Assembly: GCA_020137815.1 (NCBI GenBank)
Contig: CM035356.1
Span: 1,488,001-1,552,000, forward strand
DNA from: Hormiphora californensis
Taxonomy: Eukaryota; Animalia; Ctenophora
Reading direction: 5' to 3'
DNA length: 64,000 nucleotides
Made by a program: the position numbers and the translations under genes. Position 1 is the first letter of the stretch. Every line of letters begins with the position of its first letter. The notes beneath the pieces are model-generated. The model was given only the letters and a program-made list of their open reading frames with translations, made no database searches and had not been told where the DNA came from. Shown one piece after another: positions 1-13,278 of the stretch.

Positions 1-2107
1 CTTTCCTTTTTACCCACTCCACCATCCCCCTCCAGGAACCTGCCAGTGACTCTCCCTCAGGATCTTCTCAAAACTAATGCCACGGAGATAAGTGACCGGG
101 TGAACTAACAAGAGATTTTCTGTCAAGTATTTGCATGGACGCAGATAGTTTCTCGGTAAGGAACAAGCAGTCGCTCATTGGCAGTTTACTGCACTTTACT
201 AACTCCTATTTTGGGTAAACGAATGGACGAAATACGTAGACGACCCCCCCACCGTGACACAATTGGACCGCTTTGTCTGTAAGTGACATGCCCTAGACGC
301 AACGTAGTTTATACGGGGTCGTCATCCATATGGATAAGTCTTGTCGGAAACTTCAACAAAGCACCACGTATTGCAAAATATTCGTACGAGGACAGAGCTT
401 TGAGCTTACAGACTTTCTGAGATATCCTATTTTTGCTAAGGTTGCCAGGTGTTATGATAATAGCCCCTCGCTCATCACAGAAAACTATCGTTGGATCTTT
501 TGTTGGTATTGCAGCCAATCGAACGTTTATTAAGGGGTTCAGTATCAAATTGGATGAAAAGCTTGTCGAAGACTTCAACAACACACCAAACCAATGATGA
601 AAAAAACGAGAGACAGAGACTTTCGAGTTACATGATTTTTGAGTTTGATGTTAATTTTCTTCAAAGGTGCTGGGTTGTTGTTATTGTGGGAAGGATGATG
701 AGAGAGAATTGTATAAGAAGAAAGACTGTTTTTCGTGCGAGCATCTTTGATTTTGTGTATCTGTGTGAGAGTGTGTGTTTTTTGTACTGTGTATCAAGTG
801 TTATGTATACGGGAAATAATTGCGTTTTACCATGTTGAAAATCTCGCTGTTTTGAAATGTGTATGGGGCAAGTGGCAACACGGTGTCTGTCCCCAATTTG
901 TTTGTTCGTTTTCTACCTCTCCGGTGTCTGTGTTCTAAAACTGGCAAGTGTATTATAGCACACTCGCTTGTCCATGTCTAATTTTATCTCATTTGACTTC
1001 GTTAAAGTACTTCTTGATGTCAGTAGGCCTTTTAGATTGTCTAACTCTGTGAAGTGTTAGTATACTTTCCGTGATATCTGTATGTAGTGTATTTATATGT
1101 GTAGTCTATAGCTGCATCGTCGGGTCTGGTTTGTCTTATTACTGCTGGACGTGTAACGGCCCCTCCATAGTACATATTAGGAGGGGCACGACGTGCCCAA
1201 AGCACTGCACTGGTCTCCCGAACTATTTGAATTGCAGCTGCAGTTGCCAGCTAATAGCTATCTGCTAAAGGGTGCTGCATCTGTCAGCGCGATGTCTGAC
1301 CACTCTTCACGAGAAAGGGTTAGTGCAATGCCTGACAGGGCAGCAGTGATGCAATACCCTCTTATCCCTCTGAAATTTTGCAACAACCTCTTAGTTTCTT
1401 CTTTTTGGGGGGGGGGGGGGGAGAGCATTCCCGTAAACAATCTTTGATACTGAGATTCTTCTTGCAAGATTTTGTTGCAAGATTTGTACGTTTTGTAAGT
1501 GCAGAAGAGTAAAACCAGCTCTTCTCTTGCTACAGCTGCAATATATTAATTTATAAATGAATATGTAAAGATGCCCCTCCCTTTTATGTATCATATTAAT
1601 GTTCGGGCTGCACCAATTGTTGTTAGAAATATACTCTCAACTTGAAACCCGGGGTTCGCTCTTTTAAAAATCAAGACGACAGTGTTCCGATTGCACTTCC
1701 GATATCGCCATACGGTGAATTTTACCTGAAATTTAGCAGTATTAGATATTTTGACGCAACAATTAGGCCTATTATAGCTGTTTTGTTTGGCTGCTCCTTG
1801 GTGACGTGTTCTTTGTCTTTTATGCGCTAAATAATAAACAATAGCAACTTCAGAGAGAGGACTCATTGTCATTAACAATGTGTTAACACCCCACTCTAGT
1901 TATTGATCTTGTTAATACTGCACATACCATTCTGAAAAGCAAATACGAGTGGTCCGTGTTTATCCACCGCCACTTTTATTGTATCCCCGGTCTTGTTCCG
2001 TGAACCCGTCTGTGCTGATCCAGGTCGCCTTGTGTGGGGGTACGTCTGTCTGAGTTGGGCCCCCTGTTGCTGCAGCACCCCTCTACTGCAGGGTTGCCTG
2101 AAATTAA

Positions 2108-3411
2108 GGGTACACCTGGCGTTTTTCATCATCGAGTGCCCAACCAAATGACTTCACCAGGGTTTAGGTCATACAAAATGGACCTCAAATATGCAATTTT
2201 AGCCCTAAAGTCGAATTCATATTTTTGCTACAGCCTATTTTCAAAGTGGCGTTTTTTCAATTTTTGTTGGAATTTTTAACCTCAGGACCACTTTTTTTGA
2301 GATAGAAACATTAAATTCTTGGAATTTGAAGAGAATATAAAGGTGAATAAGCCCAAAGAAGGATTTTTGAAATGGAGCTTATTTCTGGCCATGAGAAGGG
2401 TTTACTTTTTTGCTTCTTTGACACGCTGGCTGAGAATTTTCCCATGCTTCATTAGAGATGAAAATCTGGAAATAGTTGCTCAAAACGATTATCTATGTGG
2501 CCCAAAAATTTTGGAACTTTCCCGCCAAAGATGTGGTGTACAGAGCTTGTTTTGTGAAACCCGTCTTTTTGAAAAAGAGAGGAATTCCCTGTATCTCCAA
2601 AACGGATGATCGTAGAGACCTGGGACCAAACTTAATCGATTCAGAAGGTCCAATTTTGGGGGGGTCTTCTGAGAGACATTTTGCTCCTACTCCAACCGTT
2701 TTTGCTGTAATTGCAAAAAAACAATTCTATGAAAAGGGGGAACAACTCTATTCCAGTAGCCTGCTTCGGGCTGATTTCCCCCTTACTTGCTGATACCTTT
2801 TTCGCAATTACAGCAAAAACGGTTGGAGTAGGAGCAAAATGTCTCTCAGAAGACCCCCCCAAAATCGGACCTTCTGAATCGATTAAGCTTGGTCCCAGGT
2901 CTCTACGATCATCCGTTTTGGAGATACAGGGAATTCCTCTCTTTTTCAAAAAGACGGGTTTCACAAAACAAGCTCTGTACACCACATCTTTGGCGGGAAA
3001 GTTCCAAAATTTTTGGGCCACATAGATAATCGTTTTGAGCAACTATTTCCAGATTTTCATCTCTAATGAAGCATGGGAACATTCTCAGCCAGCGTGTCAA
3101 AGAAGCAAAAAAGTAAACCCTTCTCATGGCCAGAAATAAGCTCCATTTCAAAAATCCTTCTTTGGGCTTATTCACCTTTATATTCTCTTCAAATTTCAAG
3201 AATTTAATGTTTCTATCTCAAAAAAAGTGGTCCTGAGGTTAAAAATTCCAACAAAAATTGAAAAAAACGCCACTTTGAAAATAGGCTGTAGCAAAAATAT
3301 GAATTCGACTTTAGGGCTAAAATTGCATATTTGAGGTCCATTTTGTATGACCTAAACCCTGGTGAAGTCATTTGGTTGGGCACTCGATGATGAAAAACGC
3401 CAGGTGTACCC
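2108..3411. mobile_element. Non-autonomous foldback DNA transposon with ~615-bp inverted arms and TTAA flanks (Kolobok-like termini)
   Basis: TTAA|GGGTACACCTGG at 2104-2119 and CCAGGTGTACCC|TTAA at 3400-3415. Arms ~2108-2721 and ~2798-3411 are near-identical reverse complements (the ORF track gives mirror-image ORFs) around a ~75-bp spacer. No transposase. TTAA plus purine termini fits Kolobok better than piggyBac (CC termini). Confidence 0.8.
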
Positions 3412-4986
3412 TTAAGGAGGGTCTCGTCATCCCCCAAACACATGCCTCACAATAGCACATGGTTTAGAGGTAATTTCATGATTTGAGCCTGTTTAGTGTT
3501 TTCTCCGAATCAATCAGGTCATGTATTTGGGGTATTTGACCGCATGATGTATGCTTTGGTCATAGGACCAGGCTAGGAACTATAGTTTCTAGTTAACTAG
3601 GAAGCTATTATAGCTGGATTATATAGCAAGCTTTATTAATATTTATTAATTGCTCACAGTTGCTGTTGTTACAAAACTGTATTTGACTAGTTCTATATTT
3701 CTGTAGAACTTAGAAACTTTGTGATTTTTCGTTTTATCATAGTGATTCATTTACCAACGGGGGGACCTTGTTGAGCAAGGGACACCCTTATGTAGTAGCA
3801 CATAACTTTATATGTTTAGTAATTAACTTTTGAGAACTTTTGAGTTTTGACGCAAAAGCTTTGATACTATCAAAGTTATCGTGTCAAATTTATAGGTCCC
3901 TCATGCAACTAACTCTCAACTTCGTTTGATTTTGACAGTCTAATTGATTTTATTACGATTATTGATCACAAAAACGCAAATTTTCGACCTTGTTAGGCTT
4001 TAAAATTAAAATTTGATTTTAACTTTGAGTTTAACTTATAAACTGACAATTTTATTTTTTTAGTCATGCATGACCTACTCTAATTTATCATTTAACTAGT
4101 CAAAAGTTGGTGAATTTTCTGTTCTACTGAATGCATAACCAGGCTGCCATTCTAACTAGCAGCTGTACCAGACTGACAGGTGGACAGCCCACGGGTTGAG
4201 ATTGGTATGAATAGTTATGTCTCCTTCCTCTCATATCTATTTTCTCTCAGTACTACTGAAAGTAGCTTTGCCTGCTGCAGGCTACCTCCGCACCTCCGCA
4301 CCCGGCAAGATAGTTCTAATAACATGTAGCAACATGGTGAACCGGCTTGTAATGGTGTGTTCTGAACCCCATTTCCCAAGATTAGGGGAACGAATTCTCT
4401 ACTACTCTGTTTTTCAACGTCGCCGGCCTCTCTTTTTTCACCAACCTTTTTGTTTTAGAGCATTGTATTTCACAACTTGAACGTCTTGTTCTTGTCGGTT
4501 GGTACAAACTGTCTGGACAGACCTGAAGAGAAGAGTGGAATATCCATGGAATATTTTAGGAAAGAAACTATGAATTTGGGTGTTGGCATCCGAATTTGTC
4601 TCTTTCCGATCATATTTGTCAGGAAAAGCAAGAAACTATTAATTGCATGAATAACCTTTTAGTTTAACTAAAAGGTTATTCATGTAAAATACTTTAATCG
4701 ATTTTGCGACAAATTACTTCTAGTTGTGTAGTTAAAGTTACAACATTTATGAAGACAACCCCTCCCTTCAATTTCGACACTATCTCTATTATAATTTGGA
4801 GATGTCGCGTCGAAGTGGCCGTTCGTTAGGCGGTATCTAAGCGACAGACTACTCCTTCATAAAACACTTCATGTACCCAAAGCTGTAAGTGTAAAGCTGC
4901 CATTTACACTTTTGGAACTTCCAATGGAAGTTTGTAAATATTTTCGAATGACTTTCAAAGTGCCAGTCCCCATATTTATCAATTCA

Positions 4987-5000
4987 GTTGCCATGGCAAC
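4987..5000. promoter_or_regulatory. Perfect RFX X-box palindrome GTTGCCATGGCAAC, carried in a short dispersed repeat
   Basis: Exact palindromic X-box. Upstream context TGGAAGTTTGT.AATATTTTC...CCCCATATTTA...CATGGCAAC recurs at ~6634-6732. Confidence 0.4.
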
Positions 5001-5276
5001 CGTGTTATTGACGTGGAAAGGGGCGAAAAGAACCAGCCCTTACTTGAGGCGCACCCAATGGGTGCGCTATTAAATATATTACAGGTACATACTTTGCAGA
5101 CATCAAAGTAAGCGATTTTGCTAAATACCATGCAGATCTTCAAATCTTTGAATCTTGAGCATGCAATGACACCAGGCCACTGCCCCAAAATCTCATTATG
5201 TCGTAATAAAACGCGTCAGCCTCTCCCTCACGGCCGTATATATAAAGAGGGCTCTTGCTACACTAATTTTACTCAA

Positions 5277-7934
5277 TTGGATCCTGATTCCATGGAAGTC
5301 TGCAGTCTCTATTTTGTCTCTATTTTGTTCCTGGTGTACTTACGTTGGGTATAACAAACTTCTTGCGTCGCAGCTTGTTCTGTTTTACTGTGTTGTACTT
5401 TTTAACCAGCTCTCTATTTTCTGCACTTTTCCTAGCAAGGCTACTCGGCGGTGCATATGCCTTTTCCACTAATGTCCGTGATTTTTCTTTTAGTCTCTCC
5501 ATACGTGACCTTGCATGTTCTGGAACAACATAATCGTGAGCTGGGAAGTCTCTTTACTATTCTAACTATATAACTAGCAATGCTAGTTATATAGTTAAAG
5601 CCTTGTAAGGCCTTGTTCACTCAAATGCTAGTAGCATATAATGAGTGAACAAGGCGGGGACTCACTGTAATAGCAGGAAGGTAACAGGCTCGGTTCAGAA
5701 CACGAACTTCGTAACTGTTCATTGCAAGTCATTTTAAGCGTCGCTTTCCTCTCCTTTTCCTCTGCAAGCATTGCCCTTCGTTGGCATGGTAACACGGGAG
5801 TCCTGACACTTCTCACCTGCAGGTAGACGAATCAGAACAGGCCCAAATTTGGCCAAATATCCTACCCAAGATTTATATTTCGTTTTCTAAGAAATCCCAT
5901 TTGTGAGAAGAACCAAGATTCAAGTGTTGCTTACCACTCACAGATGTTCTCCCACAGTGAGGGTTCACGCATTTTACTAGCGTTTTATTTTCTCCCCCAT
6001 TAACTTGCTCCTTCATAAAACTTCCAACTCGTGGCTCCTTCATAAAACAATCTCCCGTATCATTCATTATCTTTTCTCGGACTAATTCCTTTGCAAAGGT
6101 AACGTTTTTCTTTGGGACAGTCACATATCCAGGGGCCTTAGCTCGAGCTGGGGGATTGGCAAGGACCAACTCATTATTTTTAGTGTCAGTAGATCTTGTT
6201 TTTCCAGGATGTGTTATACAGTTGCTGTTGGTACAATCAACAGTTTTCGTGTACCTGCACATTATAATAGTGATTTAACAGTTCATGTTGATGTCATGAC
6301 ATTGACAGTGGTACTCCATCATATTGGCCGCCCGCACAATATGACCTGTCCGGCGACGCTGGACCCCGATTTGGTCCGACAGTGCGCTCAGATGGCGCGA
6401 GACAGAATATGACGGAGCACCACAGTGACAGAAAACACTGTCCCTCGGACGTTGGTAATTGTTGCTCCAATTGGAGCAACAATTACCAACTCTGCGAGGG
6501 AAAGTGCAACAGCCACACAATCAGTTTGTACTTACTTCTGTGTTGTGCCGTCCCGATTAATTTGTTGATTTGAGTTGATTACCCCACTCATTACTCCCTG
6601 CAGAGAAAATAATGAAGCTGATTCTCATTCTTATGGAAGTTTGTGAATATTTTCCAATAAATTTTAACAATTCAGTCCCCGGGGACCCCCATATTTACCC
6701 CCGATATTTACCGCCTCGATAGTCATGGCAACCTAAAAGTCAGCGTTAAACTTAAATGATATGCGTGAACAAAGAGGAGATCCCTTAGTTGAGCCGGGAC
6801 AGAGATCAATTTGCCCATCAGCCCATGCTTAAGTCGCACCCGGGAGTCGTGGTCCCGTTACTTTAGAGATTGTTTACCAACATATTACTTGACATTGAGT
6901 TGAATCAATGGATATGATCGATAGATATCATAATGAATTTTCGAGCCAACACTTCAAAAGTGTCATTGAAACTAGTCTTACTCTTAGCTTAGTACTTACT
7001 ATATTTGGTAATTTCATAGTTCCCAAAATACAAACAATGATTCTAAATATAACTTCAGGTCATTATTTACCTGTTCGTATAAATCGATTACACTTCTACA
7101 TTGATCCAACTTTGAAACTTCAAATGCAGAAGGCTTCTGTAAGCTGTGAACACTGAAACGAAACTCAAATCAGCAGCTTTAATTTAAACATTCCATTAAC
7201 TTTTGCTGGTATTGTTTTGAATTAAACATTTCATTTTGTGATCTTCAATAAGAAGATATTTTGTTGGTATATACCTGCACTTTCCCGGCATATTACAAGT
7301 AATATGGCCACTGTTGGCCGTAGCATGATGGCAAAGTAAGGTCCGGGTTGTGGGAGCCGTGGGCGCCTCTGGCATTAACGTCTTCACCTCCCTAGAACAA
7401 TCTAACATCGGTTAGTTCTAGCCTTATTTACTTTATCCCTGTCTCTGAAAGTCCCTTACGCTAATAGATCCATGGGCTCGGGTCCTCTTCTCATGATGGT
7501 TATTTTGGGTTTTGGCTGTTTGAAATCATCGTAGTTCCCCCTCCATACATCGACCGTGGTTGATCTTTTCGTCGGGGCCTCCTGAACATGACACGTGTTA
7601 CAGTCGGACCCCGATTTAGGGACACCCTGGGGGGATTAAGGCTCTTGTCCACTAAATCGGGGTGTCCACTAAATCGGGGTCAAATAAGGTTAATTTCCTA
7701 TATCAGGGGAAAAAAAATCTTGTCCCTAAATCGGGGTGCCACTAAATCGGGGGCCCCTAAATCGGGGTCCGACTGTACTACCATATCAATCGAAAACTAT
7801 CAAAAAGATCAACTTTTCATCTAGAATGGAGAACTACTGTGGATTTCTGTCAGGTCGATGCTCTGACAGGTGTATTTTATCATAAGGGTACCCGGTACCT
7901 TGTTGTAGCACCAACAACACCCCCGAGGTATACC
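5277..7934 (-). CDS. Uncharacterised multi-exon gene, partial model; 5' end not found
   Basis: Phase-compatible GT-AG exons ~7900-7934 (YTSGCCWCYNK), ~7459-7582 (EAPTKRST...MDLLA), ~7275-7392 (EVKTLMPE...KCR) and ~5870-6254 (YTKTVDC...). Further probable exons ~5665-5816, ~5344-5557 (...RMERLKEKS...VIPN) and ~5277-5300 (TSMESGSN*). The 3' joins are not all in phase. No recognisable domain. Confidence 0.4.
7601..7775. mobile_element. 175-bp MITE, Tc1/mariner superfamily (pogo/Tigger-type ends)
   Basis: TA|CAGTCGGACCCCGATTTAG ... CTAAATCGGGGTCCGACTG|TA, with internal CTAAATCGGGG repeats. Same family as the element at 48114. Confidence 0.85.
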
Positions 7935-8646
7935 TGTCCATTAGTTCCAAGATTACGAAGGAGCAAAGCAAGGTTATCAGGGTTCGTGTGTCCCTTACTG
8001 AAGGGGTTATCAAACCACATATCTATAGCTCATGTGAACTAGTGGAGGTTAATAATTGTTATTTATAGATTACAGACCAAGCTCCTCTTGTTTTACTTTT
8101 GACAAGAAAGTCATAGATTAAACGAAAATAGATAGTATAACTAGACTCTGAGTAAAGACAACTCTCTGGAAATGAATGATGTGTTAAAAGACAGGAGGCG
8201 TGTCCTGAGTGAATTCAATATAATCGCATGTCAATGAGTCACAGTGTACCATGTATACTGCTGAAAGAGCTAGAGCTGAGGACAAAAGGCAATTCTCTCA
8301 TTGACGTGCACGTAGTGTAGTGGAAGTAAAGAGATAGATTGAAGAGTGAGAGAAGGATTAGAAGAGAGATTATTCGAAAAAAAAGACACGGGAAAATTTC
8401 AGCGATGGAATAACGCTGCCTGCACATGAAAAGTGCAGCCACCAATGAGGGAGGAAAAGTGAGAGATGAGAAAAAGTTGATGGGTTTTAATTGTTTTGCA
8501 CATGAACTGCTGCCGCTGGTGGAGAAAAACAAAACAAAATCAAGTTCTCTATAGCTTCATGCACTCATGTGTACATGGTGGGAGAAGGCAAACAGCCAAA
8601 TGATACTACAATGATACTACAATTGATATGGTACTGGCTATCATGG

Positions 8647-8747
8647 TTGGCCACATTGATGCCTGAGTGAGATCGAGGTCGCGCAGCGACCGAGATCGAT
8701 CTCACATCTATTCTACACGGAGCGAGAATAGGTTGCAATGGAGCCAA
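8647..8747. mobile_element. ~100-bp MITE with short imperfect TIRs (copy 1)
   Basis: TTGGCCACATTG...CAATGGAGCCAA. A closely similar copy lies in opposite orientation at 15639-15746. Confidence 0.65.
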
Positions 8748-9012
8748 CTATCATGGTAATCAGACTTCAGACACCGATTTATAACGGAGATGATCCAGGT
8801 AAAAGATTTTGCCTGATAAATAGGGGTCAGATTGTACCAGATTGGATGTTCTCTTTTGCGTGGCCTACCTACACATTACTCACAACCTCCAGTTTCCTTC
8901 TTCCCGTACCCGGCCTCCTCAACTGGATAAACCATGCAATAAGCAATATTTTACTTTTGAAAAACTTTCGATTTGATGGTTTACTTTGCGGGAAGTGCGG
9001 GTAGTTATTCGA

Positions 9013-9367
9013 GAGACAGAGACAGAGACAGAGACAGAGACAGAGACAGAGACAGAGACAGAGACAGAGACAGAGACAGAGACAGAGACAGAGACAGAGA
9101 CAGAGACAGAGACAGAGACAGAGACAGAGACAGAGACAGAGACAGAGACAGAGACAGAGACAGAGACAGAGACAGAGACAGAGACAGAGACAGAGACAGA
9201 GACAGAGACAGAGACAGAGACAGAGACAGAGACAGAGACAGAGACAGAGACAGAGACAGAGACAGAGACAGAGACAGAGACAGAGACAGAGACAGAGACA
9301 GAGACAGAGACAGAGACAGAGACAGAGACAGAGACAGAGACAGAGACAGAGACAGAGACAGAGACAG
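9013..9367 (+). repeat. (GAGACA)n microsatellite, ~59 units
   Basis: Perfect hexamer array; explains the RD/ET/LC low-complexity ORFs. Confidence 0.98.
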
Positions 9368-10584
9368 CTATAGGAATCTACGATTATGTAATTCAACTCA
9401 CTGCTGCACTCTATCTATAATGATCCAATCTAATCCTTCACAAGGTGTTAGTTCTACACATTTATATGGGGGGGGGGGGGACTTGGTAGCTCTATCTGAG
9501 CTGTACCTATAATACTACTGCATGCCTTCAATGCAACATGATATTGGTACACATATAAGTCGCGGAGGTGGTGCAACAAATCATCACGTTTCATATAGCT
9601 CCCTGCACATCTAACTGCTGCAGTTGTCTGATGTCTTGCATCACTCCATTGTGATCAAAATTACTAGTTGCATATGTAGCAACCATTTTGAATTAATATA
9701 TTCATGTGTACTATGTCAAAATTGACCCTCTTACTACACTGTTGCAGCAGCACAATACTGCAAGTGTCTGCAGCTATTTTACTAAAAGATCCATTTCCTC
9801 TGGTCCCCTATTTAGTAAATAGGACCAGAGAAAAGGGGGCCCTATTTAGTAAATAGTATTTACCCAGCACCATCATGCAGCATGGTAGCTGCAAGCACTA
9901 TTGTACCGCATTGTAGCTAGTAAAATCACATACTGTTTTGTTCATAATACGCAAGGAATTGTCCAGAAGAATTTGAGAACATATGGCTTTAATAATATCT
10001 TGAATTCGTGAAGGCTGCCCTAGCATAGGGCAGCCTTCGAGGTTAGCCATACATTCTTTCGTATTTCCAAGGATTTACATTTACAAGTTGATTTTGCTCA
10101 ACAAAGTCGATATGTGCCTGTCAGAGCATTGGCCTGACTCTGAGAACTGTGGTCAGAGCATATGCCTGACAGATATGTGCCAAAGAGTATGTGACTTTAC
10201 CTAGCATGCAAGTATACTGCCAGTTTTAACTATTAGATCCACACTGATAACTAAGTACTGTATGACGTCTGATTCCATGCGTATGCTGTATCAGTTTATG
10301 CAGTATATGCAGTTTGCAAGTCATACATAATATTAATAACAGTATCAGTTTGTTTTATTTCCTCTAAAATCTAAATCGAATTTATTAACATATTTCCTAA
10401 CTCAACAAGTTATAGCGGGGCGCGGAGAGATCATGAGAGAGCCTAACAAGGCATTGATATATTTATAGTAACCATTTTTTTAATGAGACATGTTGTAAGA
10501 GCCATGACCGCTATAGTGCACCTATATTTTTCTAAATATAGCTCTTTAACTGATATATAATCTAAACAATAGAGAAGGTGATAA

Positions 10585-10677
10585 AAACGTTACTCAAGCG
10601 GGTTATAAAGGCACGACTCAGCCCCCTATATTATAGGGGGCTGAGTCGTGCCTTTATAACCCGCTTGAGTAACGTTT
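10585..10677. repeat. Perfect 93-bp palindrome (46-bp arms, 1-nt loop)
   Basis: AAACGTTACTCAAGCGGG...CCCCCTATA-T-TATAGGGGG...CCCGCTTGAGTAACGTTT. Confidence 0.9.
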
Positions 10678-13140
10678 ATTATCACGTTTACTATAATTAT
10701 TATAATATTGGATAAGACATATCTCAAATTTTTACAGCACAGCTGCTGCATCCAGTCTCCATGATATTGCTTAATTTCATATTACTAGGCCTTTGGATTT
10801 GTTACATTTGTCGAGATAATACTCTTTGAATAAGAACGATCAGATTTTAATATGTCGACTGTCAAGATTAAATTATAAAGGGGGAAGGGACAGAAAATTA
10901 TTCAATGCTCTGATGAATCAGCAGATCTGAAGAATATTCGTGAAGCTTCTAGACGCTTCTCAAAGAAGTTAATATTCTTTAGCCGAGTTATCAGAGCATA
11001 TATTTCACTTTCCAAGTAAAGATGTAGGTTCACCATCTCTAACCCTATTTCTAAACTCATTGTTAATAAACAGTCTTATCTGTTATGCATACCTATATTA
11101 TGTCAACTGTGGCAATATATGAATTCATAATTGCCTCAGTTCATACCATGAATCCTGTCGAGCTGCAATGTATGGTACTGCACTTTTCCTTTCATTCCAT
11201 TTAGGTATTCAGTATTTTATATGTTTTATGTAGTATGTCTGACGTCATTATATAGAGCAAGTATGCCATTGAAACCCGCCTCAGTTATAAAGCAAGATTT
11301 GCTTGGTATAGTTAAGGGAGTGAGGGACCCGTGCTTAGGGTACTTTATCAATTGGTCGCCTGGAGACCGATAAATTCTCTAGGCTATAAAGAGACACAAA
11401 GAGAGATGGGGGAAGCTAGGTAGGCCTAGGGAGAGTGAGTTAGAGAGAGCGGGAAGCAAGACTGATGAGTGTGTGTGTAACGTCTTGGTGGGTGAGAGCA
11501 CGAACCTGTATTATAATGCTTGTAGCGTGTACTAGCTGCGTCTGTTGGGTAGAGAGCCATATAAAACTCCAATTATTGAACCCTCAAGCTGTTTGAGTTT
11601 CTTCGTTTGATTTATAGCCCCCGCTACATACGAAGAACAGCTTGTGAGTCCCTTAGTTTAGTTGTAAAGAGAGTGCCCACGTTAATATAGTGCTGAACAG
11701 CTTGTAGCCCTTCAAAGATCAGTAATATAGCTTCAAAGGGAATTCTCGCTAGGGCTGCTGTTTTATAGAGGTATTAGACACACCACGCGTGCTCTAAAGA
11801 TCTCTTCCTTCGCTACTCTTCAAATTGACATTTTACTGCAGATAGTGATAGATGTTGAAAGAAATTGGTTTCCAAGAACTGCAACCATATAATTGATTCC
11901 TAGACAACATCTTTCTGAAGGCATGCTGGAGCACTCACTTCAAATTTTTCATTTCTAGAGAATCTTTGTGCTTGAGACTTGCCTTGCTACACATATACTG
12001 TCTGTGGCGTATGCCCGTTGTGAGAGCCAATAGGCTAGGAACATGCCAACTCGAGACTAGCTGTCTGGTGATGGCTGCTGACCCGTGCGCCTTCTCTCCA
12101 CCTAGCCGCGTAACTCCATGGAGATATGCATGGTAAATGATTCGAATAATGGTACGTTGATTCTTTTGACATGCTTTCCCTTTTGCACTATTTATCACTG
12201 ATTAGTTTACATATACCATATCACACACACAATGTAAGCTGTTGTAAGCAGAGTTGGTAACTATATTGTCCTATATATCCACCTGTTTAACTTGGTGACA
12301 TAGACACCTGTTTAACTCCTATTTATTCAATCCTGCCAGCTCTTGGAACTGTTTTAGTACTTCTTTTACCCTATAATGTGTGTAACATGTGTGTAACACG
12401 TTAAATAGCTGTAAGCCACGTGAAGAAGCGTGCACTATTCCAACTTGGTGACATATTGGCATCTCCTTTTGGTATCATTACCACCAGTTCACTGCGATCA
12501 TATCACCAAATCTCCCCCTTACTCTGTCAGGCCAATGCTCTGACTACAGTTCTCGCGCGCTCCGAGAGAAACGAGAATGGGTCAGGCCAATGCTCTGACA
12601 GCCCTTACTCAACCACTACATTTCGTGACCTGCTGTGGCATATTGTGAATCATTGCAGTAAACATCGCGTGCCGAAACGCATCATTCTATCAACCAAATA
12701 TTATGGGAACTAAAAAATACGACAAGGTTACATAGTTATTACGTGAGAGAGAACGACAGGGATCAGTTTAATATCAGACAAATCACCCCCACTCCATTAA
12801 ACTACTTTATAGAGCCCCCATCTGAAGCATTGGTAATTTAGTTTTGTCCTTGCCGGCTATAGCTATAATTACTAGCTAGTTAATTACGTCATATTTTGTT
12901 ACGTCATGTTTTGTTAAGTACCCGGCCTTACTCAACGAGTCATGTTAGTTACATGGCCAGATGTTGTTTTCTGTAGTGTGTTTCCAGTGGAAAGTTTCCA
13001 CCTGCCACCATGTGTTTCTCAGTTTCCTACTGCAGTTTTCAATGGAGTGTGTAAGGCTTCGTAAAACAAGCACGATGCAGTTGTTTCTTCTGACACTCTC
13101 CGTCAGACATGATACATGTTACACGTATTATTTTTTTGTT

Positions 13141-13144
<4 letters not shown>

Positions 13145-13230
<86 letters not shown>
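13145..13230 (+). repeat. (TC)n microsatellite just upstream of the actin-like gene
   Basis: Direct reading. Similar GA/TC tracts at ~20233-20330, ~24920-25084, ~26039-26186, ~30260-30418, ~44752-44793 and ~51858-51966. Confidence 0.95.
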
Positions 13231-13235
<5 letters not shown>

Positions 13236-13278
13236 CGCTTTGTAACAAATCTAATTTCCCTTAGCTCTATATTGTGAC

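Noticed and set aside
300-1900. Short ORFs at the window start
   Set aside because: No recognisable domain or consistent exon chain could be built.
2319-3443. Apparent duplicated genes on opposite strands
   Set aside because: Mirror ORFs from the two arms of the foldback element; no coding signatures.
8869-9512. Long RD/ET/LC dipeptide ORFs, and LS/ER ORFs elsewhere
   Set aside because: Translations of (GAGACA)n and (GA)n microsatellites.
11270-11720. Possible solo LTR (TATA-like motif, GA-rich tract)
   Set aside because: No convincing TG...CA boundaries, TSD, PBS or second copy in the window.
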